A DNA stretch of 64,000 bases from Chrysomallon squamiferum. Lineage: Eukaryota; Animalia; Mollusca. Position 1 is the first letter of the stretch; the number at the start of each line of letters is the position of its first letter. A program made the position numbers and the translations under genes. The notes beneath the pieces are model-generated. The model saw only the letters and a program-made list of their open reading frames with translations, was not told where the DNA came from and ran no database searches. The DNA is taken from contig CM022670.1 in NCBI GenBank assembly GCA_012295275.1, positions 7,936,001 to 8,000,000 on the forward strand. The letters run 5' to 3'. Positions 39,410 through 53,300 of this stretch are shown here, in pieces.

Positions 39410-39892
39410 CTGAAAAAAAGAAAAGATGTTAGTAAAATGTTTTAACATATCACTGGAATCATCAGTATTTTAAAAAATAATGATAATAAAATAAAATAAA
39501 TTTTTTACAATTAATAGAAAAAGGAAAAAGAATTAGTAAGGCAGCAGCGCGATATGATTATTTTCATTTTTTAATTTAATTTTTTTAATATATTTATAAA
39601 TGCCACATTCAGATAATAAAACAATGTTTAATACACAGTACATTTAAAACACAACAAATTGTGTTTACACAACACAAAAACAATGTTGACGAGTGAAACA
39701 CAACAATGTGTGTTTACAAAAACACAAGTACAACACATTTTTCATTGGTATACAAAATAAACATTTAAACACAACAGAATGCTTTTATAACAATACATTT
39801 TAGACAATGTAGACAAATGAAACACAAAACTATTTTTGACTTAACAAGGACAAATTGCATTTTTCAAACATTTTAATCTCTAGATAAGTGAA

Positions 39893-39926
<34 letters not shown>

Positions 39927-40463
39927 ATATTTGTTAAACGTAACAGAAAAGAGAACAGAAATCTTCAGTTTATCTGGGTTATCATTTTATTTTATTTTTT
40001 TGTGGGTTTTTTTTTGTTTGTCATTGCCTTTTTTTTTTTTTTTCTGAGCTAACTTCTACAGTTGAAACATAGTTTTAAATTTTTTATTATTATTTAAATT
40101 TTTTTTTTTTTTTTAGTCGTTAGTATCATTTCTTTCTTACCTGTAATTTTTTGTTGTTTTTTGTTTTTGTTTTTTCTGCTTTAATTTTAATTTTTCATTC
40201 AGATATAAACTTTGTTTTTATTTTAATTTTATATTTATTATTATTAATACTGTTATTAGTATTATTATTATTTGTTTTGTTCAAATATGTTAAATAACAA
40301 AATTACTATTATTATTACTTTCCAAAAGTTTTATCAAATGTTAATTTTACACATTCTTAAAAACTGACAATATTGTTGTGAATGAAAATAAAAGTTTGTG
40401 AATGAGAATGAAAAAAAAACTACTTTGAAAAGAATGAGGTAGGATATTTTGTATTTTGGTTTA

Positions 40464-40497
<34 letters not shown>

Positions 40498-41349
40498 TAT
40501 AATAATAATAATAACAATAATAAATATTAATAAATAAATAATAACAATAAATAAATAATAATAATAAAAAAATAATAACAGCAACAATAATAATAACAAT
40601 AATAATAATAATAAAGATAATAACAGCAACAATAACGATAACAATATTAATAATAATATGAGGCAGACATAAAGCAATATGAAATTTAACGAATGAATTT
40701 ATTTTAAATATGGATTACATCAAATTATGAATCTGTCAAGATTAGATAATCCTGACCTAGAGTTATCTTCCTTAACTGGAATGACGTCTAATAACAGTGG
40801 TGAATTTAATAAACTGCTTTAATTTTTAAAGTTTGTATGTCATTTAAACATGTATTAAAATAAACAGAGCCAAATCTGCATGAAGAACAGTTTGTTTATA
40901 TTAATGTATGAACTAAAACACATTATGAAAAATCTTATACTTTAAATAAACCTATTTTATACAGTTACACTACATGTCTGAACATAAAAACACTACAAAC
41001 ATAAAATAAATGAATATGATTTTTTATTATGTAAATTACACATGAATGTTCACAACAGAAAATCAATCATTAATTTTTTTTTTTTTTTTTTTTTTTGTTG
41101 ATGTAAAATAAATGTTATCGTATTTATAAACAACTTTAACAAATCTGAACAGATATACAATAATGAACAAAAGTTACTGAACAGACAGTGAACATGTAGA
41201 TGAGGGACACGATGTTGTGAATGAAACCAAGCAGCAGCATCGCTTGCAGACATGAACATTATCACACATAGACGCATTTTTTTAGTTAATGTCAACAGTG
41301 TGAAATTGCTTCTTTCAAATACATGTTCATAGCAAAATACCAACACATC

Positions 41350-42050
41350 TGAACATGTTCAAAATTACATAAATTTTATCAAAGCATCAGGTTATAGCGA
41401 CATGTTCATAAATAAATATCAAGATTATGAACATGTTTGTTAAAAAATATCAGATTATTTGAACATGTTTGTAAATAAATATCATATTATTTGAACATGT
41501 TTGTAAATAAATATCAGATTATTTGAACGCGTTTGTAAATATCAGATTGTATGAACATGTTCGAACCAAAAAATTAATACATATAAACTTGTCCATAATT
41601 ATGTAAATATCAATGTATGTTAAAAAAGTTCACATATAAATATCAGTATATACGAACATGATCAAAGCAAGATATAAATTTATGTAAACATTTTCAAATG
41701 TAAATATCAATGTATGTAAACATGTTCATTTGTAAATATCAGTACATGTAAACATGATCCTAAATAGGCATAAATGTTTACAAATGTAAATATCAATATA
41801 TGTAAACATCTTTATGTGTATGTAAATATCAATATGTCAAAATATCAATATGCGTAAACATGCGTAAAAATATCAATGCATGTAAGAAGTTCATACCAAA
41901 ATATCAATGCATGTAAACATGTTTGTTAGTAAATACCAAAATGCTAAAAGCGGAACATAACGCAAATTATGGAATACTTTTATATTGAACTATCTGAATA
42001 TGTGAACATGTTCAGACATGAGTATCAGCGCATGTGAACACTGACCACTG
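41350..42050. repeat. Degenerate minisatellite of about 33 bp (AACATGTT and TAAATATCA cores)
   Basis: Recurrent gaacatgtt...taaatatca motifs. Confidence 0.7.
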
Positions 42051-42345
42051 AAGTGAACGCCAGCAAAACAAGACAAAACGCAGAGAGCAACTTACTCAAA
42101 CCAGTACTGAAAAAAATCATCCTTGCGTACAGAAAAAAAGAAAAGAGATGCTGATGTAACTAGGTGAAAAACTGTCTGTATTATAAAGAAAACTGTAAAA
42201 TGTTTTGAAGTAAAAAAAATATATAATAAGATCTGAATGATATAAAAATATGAAGAAAAAGGCAACATGAATAATAGTAGTAGTAGTAGTAGTAGCAATA
42301 GTAGAAGTTGTATTAATAAAATTAATAAACATAAAAATAGTAATG

Positions 42346-42387
<42 letters not shown>

Positions 42388-42439
42388 TCCACATATTTTT
42401 TCTTTATTTGTGGATATTAGTCAAAAATATATAATTTTT

Positions 42440-42474
<35 letters not shown>

Positions 42475-43305
42475 TAACACTGATTAAAACATGGCATTGT
42501 GAAAATCAATTCATAATGTACCTTATGTCCTTGAATTTTACCTTTGACCTCACTATAAAAAGTTAATTTTAGCATTATGGTCAATACATATCAGATCTAG
42601 TAACTTGATTGGTTTTACAAGCTGTGACCTTGAACTTTCAAAATTGTGATCCTAGCTCTTGACCTTATTGGATCATGTAAACTGTAGTCATATGAAATTA
42701 ATTCTATGTCTTTAAATCTAACAATTCAGAATATAAAGAAGTAAATGTGATCCCATCATACCTGATTATTAATTTAGCATCTTTCATGTAACTTGTGATT
42801 TTATGCTAGGTGAGTAATAAAAATGAACATGCCTGAACATGCCTCATTCCTACTAAAGAAAAACACTGATTTCAACTCAAAGCAATTTGTGGTAAGATTC
42901 CAGTCTAGTCTCTCCAACAATGAAACAGGAGTGTCCCATCTCAAAATGAGATGCCCCATCTTCAAATGGGTTGTCCTATCACAGATATTATCCATTATTG
43001 TTATTCAAATCAGAATGAAGGCTTATGATTTAAATTGTTGGTTTACTTGGTCTTTTATTGTGAGTTTTTCTTCTTTGAAAATGTTTCCTTTCTTCTATTA
43101 CAGCCTATTAGAAAATAATCATATTTAATTTCCAAACCTAGATTAGAATAAATTTCTGGACTGATCACAGCTAATACTGTAAATATGACCAGCTGATAAT
43201 AATAAATAAATGTATAAACAAATAAATAAAGGAGAACAAGAAGAAATATTAATAAGAATTTTAATAAGAACAATAACAACATAATATGTTTTTAAAAATG
43301 TATAA

Positions 43306-43360
<55 letters not shown>

Positions 43361-44219
43361 CTGTTATCTCTATCAGTCTGAATTAATATCAAAGACATTT
43401 TAATTATTTTTCTTTTCTTTTTTTTAAATGTAGTAAAATATATAAATTTATATAAAAAGTTTAATAAAATTCACATAAGAGTTCTATCTAAGACTGCAGT
43501 ATAAAATGATGTGTCTAAAGAAACAAAACACCATGCTGTTAGTAATGTGATATACAAAATACTCTTTTTAAATGTTCATCTCTTTGAGAATATTATCATC
43601 GCAAAGATTGTGTTCTTTTTTAAAAACCATGAGAATCATCCTTATTTCATTAAAACACAAAGCAAAGAAATACATTCTTGATCAGCTGCATTCAGTAAAA
43701 AAAAAAATTATAATAAAAATACAAGTTACCTCCCTTTAGAAAATGTTTTCTAAATTTTGAAATAAAAAACTCAGTAGTTATCCCCCTTAGAAATCTGTAT
43801 AAGATTTTCGAAAAATTAGAATACTACTTTCATTTAAAGTTTGTAAACATTTTATAAAAAAGCAATATGGATGAAAATATCTGTCTGAAGATAATTTTAA
43901 AAAGATATTTTTATTATTTTTTTTATTTTTTTCAAGCTTAGAGAAGGTTTTATTTGAAAGGATTTTTTTTGTTTATTTATTTATTTATTTATTTACTTAT
44001 TCAAAATCAATATTTATTTAAACAATTTGGACTGGGATTTGATTTACGATTAACAAAAACTTACATATTTACTGTGAACATAATGCTATTATCATTTACG
44101 TGTAAAAAATTATTTTATTTATGACAAACAGACTTTATTTATTTTGTTTTATCCCTGATGTAATTATATTTCTCTATGGCACAGGTTTGTTTTAAAACGA
44201 CAAGACGTTCATCAGACTC

Positions 44220-44513
44220 TTATTTGAATGGTGTGGCATGTTTAACAGCTTTGAATCCATCTCGTTTGGCAATTTGAAGCTGATCACTGTTGGATGTTGT
44301 GGGTTTCGGATTCTTTGTGGTGTGTTTGAGTTGTGGGGAGCCTTCCTCTTTTTTCTCGGGTATCAGAGTGGACGGGTACTGAGTGGAAGGTTCGGTGAAG
44401 TCTTTTGAAATACGTTTCTTCGAAAGCGCTTCTTTCTTCTCTGACTTCAGCACCAGACCTTTGCTGTGGGCTCTGGCAATGATTTCACGTGCAGCCTCTT
44501 TAGCATCTTGTGG
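44220..44513 (-). CDS. NSUN7: NSUN7 last coding exon (PQDAKEAAREIIARAHSKGL...KHATPFK*)
   Basis: tttcacag acceptor, phase 0, TAA at 44222-44220. Confidence 0.88.
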   Translation of the reverse strand, partial: PQDAKEAAREIIARAHSKGLVLKSEKKEALSKKRISKDFTEPSTQYPSTLIPEKKEEGSPQLKHTTKNPKPTTSNSDQLQIAKRDGFKAVKHATPFK

Positions 44514-47500
44514 CTGTGAAATGTGAACAGTGAACAGTGAACAGTGAACAGTGAAATGTGAAAATATGAATGGGGAAATGTGAAAATGTGAATGGTGAAA
44601 TGTAAAAATATGAATGGGGAAATGTGAAATATGAACGATTAAATGTGAAATATAAACAATAAAATGTTAAATATGAACGGTGAAATGTCAAATATGAATG
44701 GTGAAATGAGAAATATGAACAGTGATTTCTGAAGAATATTTAGTAAAAAGTAATATGAAAGAAGGAAATGTGAAAAAAAATCAACAACATTAAAAAGAAA
44801 AAAAAAATGTTGAAGACCCACTCGACACATTTTATATAGATATAACTGGACATTGTAAAGGACCACTGAGACCAATGGAGAGGAAAATTGCTACTCCTCT
44901 TTCCAGTTAGGATAGGATATTTTACAAGCACCTTCCCACATACAGGAAAATACATATTATAGCAGATGTGAGTCACTGGCTGGAATGACAAATAACTCAG
45001 TGGACACACCAAGAGGGTTAGATCTGAGTGTCACAGCAGCTTAATGCTGGTGATCTCTAACTTTGAGAAAATGTAAATAACTAAACAACAAACTGTTCAA
45101 AATAAAAAATGCTGTTTTAAACATAACTGTTGTTAGTAATATTGAATTTATAAATAATGGAGCATGAACACCAAACTGTGAGATGTAGAAAAGGAAGTTT
45201 TAATTAAAAATAGGGTCTAGTGAAATGTATATTGTGGAAAATGAATTGTGAAATATTATAGAACACTTGGTACAGATTAATCAAAATATAACTAATGATA
45301 TGTAAACTAAAAATAACACGTGAAATGAAATCTGAAATGCAAATTGTGAACAATGAAACATGAACAGTGACATAATGTTAAGCACTGAATAATGAATAAT
45401 GTAATATATTTAAATAAACAAAAACTTTAAAAGAAATGAATGGTTAAAACTAAATTTAACACATTAAAATAATAAACACTTTCTGAAAAGCATGATATAA
45501 ATCCCAAGGTACAGGCATTCACAGGCAGATCATGATAAGCATGGCTGTAGGCATATTCAGAGTCAGGTATTATGTTGTTATAGGCATATTCGCAGGTAAG
45601 TCAATATAGGCATTCAACAGGCATACACAGGTAAAAAATTGTAGATGCATCTACAGGCATATGCAAAATAAAGTCCTGACTGGATTTGCTATAAACATAA
45701 ACTGAAGTAAAACAAGAATGACATTGCTAAAGGCATACACAAAAGTAACTATATTATGCCAGTGATATATAGCTGTAGGATAAGAGGTAAAATATGATAA
45801 TCACTGATATAGGTAAACAAAAGGCATTGCTGTATGCATAAGCAGAGGTATATTTAGACAGGTATAAATAGAGGTATATTCAAACAGGTATAAATAGAGA
45901 TATATTCAGATAGGTATAAACAGAGGTATATTCAGACAGGTATAAATAGAGGTATATTCAAATAGGCATTGTTACAGACATAAATAGAAGTATGTACAAG
46001 CAGAGAGGTTAAGGCATAAACAGAGATATATATAAATAGGCATATTTATATAGTACAAACAGAGGTATATAAAGTTGAATACTGTTATAGGCATATGCTG
46101 AAGTAAGCCATGATAGGCATTATAAACAGCAGGATCTCATTAGATCTGGCAAGCTTTGTAAACTTATGAAAAACATCATTAGAAAATAAACTGAAAGTAT
46201 GACAGCATTAATGATAACTCACACTCATGCACACACATTAAACACACACACTCATGAACTCATAAACTCACACAACATACACAAACATACATAGACATGT
46301 ATATACAGACACACAAACACAAAACACACACACATTCCAACATATATAAAAGAAATCATAAAAAAATTTCAAAAAGCAACCAACCTCTCTGGTAATGACA
46401 GCAACAAAACATCCGTTCATCTTGCTGCTGGGTGAGAATTTCATGTACTTCCCGACTATGCCGTCCCTGCTCTCTATTTCATCGGCGTTGAAGGGAAGAA
46501 CCGGGGGCACCAGGCGGTAGGGGATTCTCTTCTGCTGCACCATGTTGATGAACTCCACAGCTTTCTGGACCACGTTCTCATTCTCCTCCTCATACACTGA
46601 CCTTGTGTAGTAAACCACAGCCTGACTTCGGTGTACTGAGAAATATCAGAGTAGAAATACTCATAACCTTCTTTTTTATTTTTTTTACAAAAAAAAAAAA
46701 AAAAAAATATCTGTTTGGATAATTAGCCAGGTTAGTCATGTAGATATTCAGCCAGACTTTCTTACTGATATCTGAAACAATCACAATTAAAAAAGCCTCC
46801 AGAAAACTCCCCCAAAACCACCAACAAAACAAATAATTCCTATTTATAAATACGTTTGCATCCTAACAGTGGTTTTTTATTTAAAACTATTATACTGTGT
46901 TTGTGTTGTAATATTAAGAAGAAAAAAAAACAAAAAAAACAAAAAAACATAATAAATAAATAAATAAATAAATAAAATACTGCGAGATAGGATTACTCTA
47001 GAATTTAATACATTTTCAAGATCAAGATGACTATCATACATATTCCATCTCTTGTAAATACTGGGTTATAAATTATTATAGAAAAGTTATGTAATAACTG
47101 CAATAAAAAATTCATTTGAGTTTAAGTTTCTCATCAAATCTTGTAGCACTTTACACTGATATTAACCATGCTCAGCTATAAAATATTAAAATGATCATGA
47201 AAATAGTTTGCTGGGGTGGATCCAGCTTTTCTGATGAGGAGGCTGCATGACAAAAAGGGCAAAAAATTATAAAAAGGCACTACTGAAAAATTACACACAG
47301 TTCACATGTACCATAATATAATAGGGATGCTGGCACTTCTCAAATTTCAGGGGTGTCTTAATACCTTACACACCCCAGATTTGTAATAATTTTTTAAATT
47401 TTATTTATATTTTTAATTTTTAAAATCAAATCTATATTTTTAATTTTTTAAATATATATATTTTAAAATTTGAAACTGTTATTAATTCTATTTTATTTAA

Positions 47501-48104
47501 TTTTAAAATTTGTATTTACACTTTTAATTTCTAAAACTATATTTATATTTAATTTAAAATTTGTGTTTTAATTTTGAAATTTGATAACTTAATAGTTATA
47601 TATCTTCCACATGAAATAAAAACAATAAACACACACATGTACACATTATCAAATATTAACGATGAAAAACATGGGAAATATTTACTGCCGTACTTATTTT
47701 CTGCAGAGCTTACTTTTCAGGGCGTGTCGCAGAAGAGCACTGTGGCTGGTTACTAACTCAGTGAGCCAGGACCTGTCAGTGGATGTAGCAGAGAGATCTT
47801 TCAGAATATTCATATCTGCAGAATACATTTTTAAACACATCTACGTGAGATACAAATCATACATGTTTGTAATCATTGTTTATATTTCGTAACAAATACA
47901 AATGAAACTGTTATTAGTTATATGGGTTAGTTATATTAATACATTTTTTACAAATAACACATATTTCATCTTTGTTTGGGTTTGCATGTGTGTGTATATG
48001 TATATAATTATATATATATATATAACGTATGTATGTATCTTTGCATGTATATACGTATGTATGTATGTTTGGATGATTATGTATGTATGCATGTAACTAT
48101 CTGG

Positions 48105-48151
<47 letters not shown>

Positions 48152-49218
48152 CAAGGTGTGTTAAATGTATGTATGTAGGTATACATAAAAATTATAAAAT
48201 TTTCAGTTAAAGAAACAACACTTTTGAAATGTATATGTTAAAGGTATTAAAGGTTCAATGAAAAACAGCCACAGTTAAATGTCTTTACGTCTAGTATGAA
48301 CAAAGGCTTTAAAACGTACCTTCTCCCTCGTTGATGACAAACTCTACAGGGTTGCTGACGGCCGACTTGCTGCAGTTTGCTGTCACAAGGACAGCACGCA
48401 CACCTTTAAATCTGGAGTCATCAGGGTCAACATCGAGAAAATTCGTACTCATCAGTTTGACCTCTGAAAAATAAATAAAAAATTAAGAATGAAAAAACAT
48501 TTTGTTTTTAAATGTTTGGGTTTTTTTTTTATAGTGGCATACAATAATCAATATAATTTAAATGGATTTTAGCAGTTCTTTGAAATACTTGTACTTTGCA
48601 TTTCAAGTTATGAACATTTATAGGATGATATGATATCATTTTAATATGAAAGTCCTGAGAATAATATTGTGTATTTTTTTTTAACATTTATGGGGGTCCT
48701 GAAATAATATTCCTGTAGATAACATCAGCATGCTGTATATACATATTCAGATAGATGTATAAACATAAATGTATACAAATAAATGTATACACTCAAGAAA
48801 TATAAATATACTTTCACAGGCACTCATGCTCACAAATCCAAATATTTATCATGATCGCCACTAATCCTTTGAATAATAAAAATAAATTCATAAATGTATA
48901 AAGGTTAACAAACTTTCAAAAAGTAATTTCATGTTTCTTTTTTATCACCACTCCACACATCTTACATTATTTTTAATATAAATTTAAGTACAGTCATAAA
49001 AACATATAAAACTCGTAAATGTCAAAAGGTATTTTCCGAGACATAAAATGCATTCATAAACTTTTCAACATGTTACTAAAAACATTCATAAAAATATTTA
49101 ATAATGACCGGCTGTTTCTAACAGTTATTGTTTTTTTGTTTCTCTGTAGATTTTCAAGTTATTGCGGGTCATTATTATTTTATATACAACACATTAGTGA
49201 TATTCATTTAGTGCATGT

Positions 49219-49260
<42 letters not shown>

Positions 49261-49548
49261 TTATATATATACTACAAACACATCTAAGTCTTACACCTTC
49301 ATGTTACTGCCACTATTATACCAAAAATACTGTCATTTATTAAATAGTTATTGCTACTTACTCTAACAATACTCTAACCACTACAACTCACCATACCATT
49401 ACAACTACTACAACCCCTACTGTTACTAGAACACAACACATGCAATCAATATTTAGTAGTACTGCAATTATTTTATTTACAATACTCCTACTGTAATTGC
49501 TGATACTACACCTATAACCTATAACTTGTCTCTCTGCTACTACTACTA

Positions 49549-49592
<44 letters not shown>

Positions 49593-50258
49593 ATTTCTGC
49601 TACTTCTGCTTCAAACAGAACCTCTATTATTATATCATAACTACTGCTACTGTCATCACTAGTTTACTATGACTAATTGTTTTAATACTGCCTATACCAA
49701 ATTATACTAAACTGCAGCGACTAATCCTATTCCAGTTACAGCTACTGTTACAAGAACCATATCTACAACAGTCACACACTCTTGTACTAGAACTACTACT
49801 ACTACTACAGTACTACAACTACTACTACTACTACAGTACTACAACTACTACTACCACATATAAACCCTTCTTGCAGATCATCACTATTGTACACAACTAG
49901 TCATTCAGAAAGCAGTAATGCTGTATTTAACATCATAAATACTTTTAGCTCCTAATTTCTCTAAGTTTTGAACTATGCGGTAATCTTCTGCGGCTGTGTT
50001 GGAGCTGAAAGCCCAGATGTGGCTCTCTGTGTGATGCAGCAAGCTTGCTAGGTGTGCCGTTGTCAACCCTGCGCCGATGTTCACGTGAATGATGTCGTCA
50101 TCATCATTGAGCAAGTGTTTGGCAGAGTGAGGAGCCAGGCAGCTAGATTTGTCCTGAAATAACAGATAATATTGTTTATTTATTTAGTTATTTACTTTAG
50201 TTTGTTAGGCAGTTACTTAATTTTTGTTATTGTTTTTTGTTCTTTAGATGCATATTAT

Positions 50259-50336
<78 letters not shown>

Positions 50337-53300
50337 TTTTTTTTTTGTATTAGTTTGTCTGGTTTTTCTTTAAAGTTTTGATTACATTTAAATGATTAAA
50401 CTATAAAATTAGGTTTTTAATTATTATTATGTTAATTACTAATGATTAAAACATTATAAATTAAATGTATACAAATTAATATAAATATTAGTTATTGTAA
50501 ATAAAACAGAAATATTTGCAGATCACATAGAATGGCGATTATAAATATGAATTATAATACACAAATGTACACAAATGTACACAGAATGTAAATGATGAAG
50601 ATGTATTTATTCAAACATATTAACACAATAAGACTAAACTCAATGGAATCTACAGAGTAAAAATTAATAATAAAACAGTAGTCATTAGTACATTGTCTTC
50701 TTTCATATGTGTTTGTTCATGACACAGAATGTAAAACAACAATAAAAATAAAGAGACTTTCTATGTAAGTCTAACAAGACCAGCACAGAAAAATACAAAA
50801 GCTAATCATAAGAATTGTTTAGAGATACAAACAAAACAAGAATCACTCTTCCATAACTAAAATTGTTCATTCATAACAAAAAATCATTCTTCCATAACAA
50901 AAACAAAAATGTTCCTGAAAACAATCCATTAAAGGTGAATTGTAAATGTTAGTATATTTAGTACTAAACTAAAGTAACAAATTTCAGTGAAATAAAACAG
51001 AGAATATAAGCTTTAACTAGTCTAAATGTTTTTAGAAATATTTACTTTTATTGCTCAGTTATTAACTGAATATAACACTAAAATTAGCTGCGTGTAAACT
51101 TTAAGCTACAAAACAAACATACAATATTTACAATGATAAAATAACAGCCATGGAAACACACACAAACACCTGTTCATACAGACAGAAAGAAATCAATTAT
51201 TTACACTTTGGGTGTTTATATACACGTTACTTAATCTCTAATGTGAAACAATAACTCTTCATACATGCCACCACCTTACAATGGACATTCAAGTAACAGC
51301 TATTTTGAATTTTATCTTTAAAATGATACTATAATAGTTATTTCTAAATAATAATTGTGTCAGAATAAAAGATCTGTAAATGCTGATTAGTAAAAGCAAC
51401 CTTACAGTTCAAAAAGTAGGTTTCCCCTCTGAAACACCATACAAGGATCAAAATATATATTGGTGTATATTAGTAACCCATGAAGCAGTGGGCCTATTAT
51501 CATCATTATTCAAAAACAACTAATAACTGATCTTCATCAATTTACTATCCTACCTCACCACCCACTAGCCCAGTCTGTACCTGTCAGACAGCTTTGTTGT
51601 TCTCTACAATCTACCATCCTACCTCACCACCCACTAGCCCAGTCTGTACCTGTAAGACAGCTTTGTTGTTCTCTACAATCTACCATCCTACGTCACCACC
51701 CACTAGCCCAGTCTGTACCTGTCAGACAGCTTTGTTGTTCTCTACAATCTACCATCCTACCTCACCACCCACTAGCTCAATATGTACCTGTCAGACAGCT
51801 TTGTTGTTCTCTACAATCTACCATCCTACCTCACCACCCACTAGCCCAGTCTGTACCTGTAAGACAGCTTTGTTGTTCTCTACAATCTACCATCCTACCT
51901 CACCACCCACTAGCCCAGTCTGTACCTGTCAGACAGCTTTGTTGTTCTCTACAATCTACCATCCTACCTCACCACCCACTAGCTCAGTCTGTACCTGTCA
52001 GACAGCTAGCCCAGTTGTTAAGACAGCTTTGTTGTTCTCTACAATCTACCATCCCTCACCTCACCACCCACTAGCCCAGTCTGTAGCTCCTGTGTCAGAC
52101 AGCTTTGTTGTTCTCACCGTCCTACAATGTACCCATCCTACCTCACCACCCACTACCTCACCACCCACTAGCCCAGTCTGTACCTGTACAGACAGCTTTG
52201 TTGTTCTCTACCTGTAAGAATCTCTACAATCTACCATCCTACCTCACCACCCACTAGCCCAGTCTGTACCTGTACAACAGCTTTGTTGTTCTCTACAATC
52301 TACCATCCTACCTCACCACCCACTAGCCCAGTCTGTACCTGTAAGACAGCTTTGTTGTTCTCTACAATCTACCATCTACCATCCTACCTCACCACCCACT
52401 AGCCCAGTCTGTACCTGTAAGACAGCTTTGTTGTTCTCACCACCCACAATGTACCATCCTATCTACCTCACCACCCACTAGCCCAGTCTGTACCTGTCAG
52501 ACAGCTTTGTTGTTCTCTACCATCCTACCATCCTGTCAGACAGCTTTGTTGTTCTCCAATCTACCATCCACCCACTAGCCCAGTCTGTACCTGTCAGACA
52601 GCTTTGTTGTTCTCTACAATCTACCATCCTACGTCACCACCCACTAGCCCAGTCTGTACCTGTCAGACAGCTTTGTTGTTCTCTACAATCTACCATCCTA
52701 CGTCACCACCCACTAGCCCAGTCTGTACCTGTCAGACAGCTTTGTTGTTCCCTACAATCTACCATCCTACCTCACCACCCACTAGCCCAGTCTGTACCTG
52801 TCAGACAGCTTTGTTGTTCTCTACAATCTACCATCCCACGTCCAGTCTGTACCTGTCAGACAGCTTTGTTGTTCTCACCTACCATCCTACCTCACCACCC
52901 ACCCAGTCTGTACCTAGCCCAGTCTGTACCTGTAAGACAGCTTTGTTGTTCTCTACAATCTACCATCCTACCTCACCACCCACTAGCTCAGTCTGTACCT
53001 GTAAGACAGCTTTGTTGTTCTCTACAATCTACCATCCTACCTCACCACCCACTATCTCAGTCTGTACCTGTAAGACAGCTTTGCCAGTCTCTATAAGATG
53101 ATGTTTACGAAGCAGTGGTGAACACTCTGTTGGAAACTCAATGAGATCGTTGCAGTGGTTGTCCAGTCTGAACTGATTTACATTCAGATCTGCTTTGGGA
53201 TCAGTAACCTCCTCAAAACTCTCCTCTTTTAGAATGCTTATGACGTCGTACATGCTGAAATAAATAAATAAATAAATAATTAAATAAACACACAAACAAA

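Noticed and set aside
42530-42670. Cluster of TGACCT nuclear-receptor half-sites
   Set aside because: Such motifs are common in dispersed invertebrate repeats; no element boundaries visible
47210-47380. Possible MITE remnant (ggggtggatccag...aaaagggca...cacccc)
   Set aside because: Terminal inverted repeats and target duplication too decayed to call
51594-53101. + strand ORFs of 207 and 165 aa with 23-aa repeats (ALLFSTIYHPTSPPTSPVCTC)
   Set aside because: Translation of the 69-bp array antisense to an NSUN7 intron; TTG start, frameshifts and no gene context
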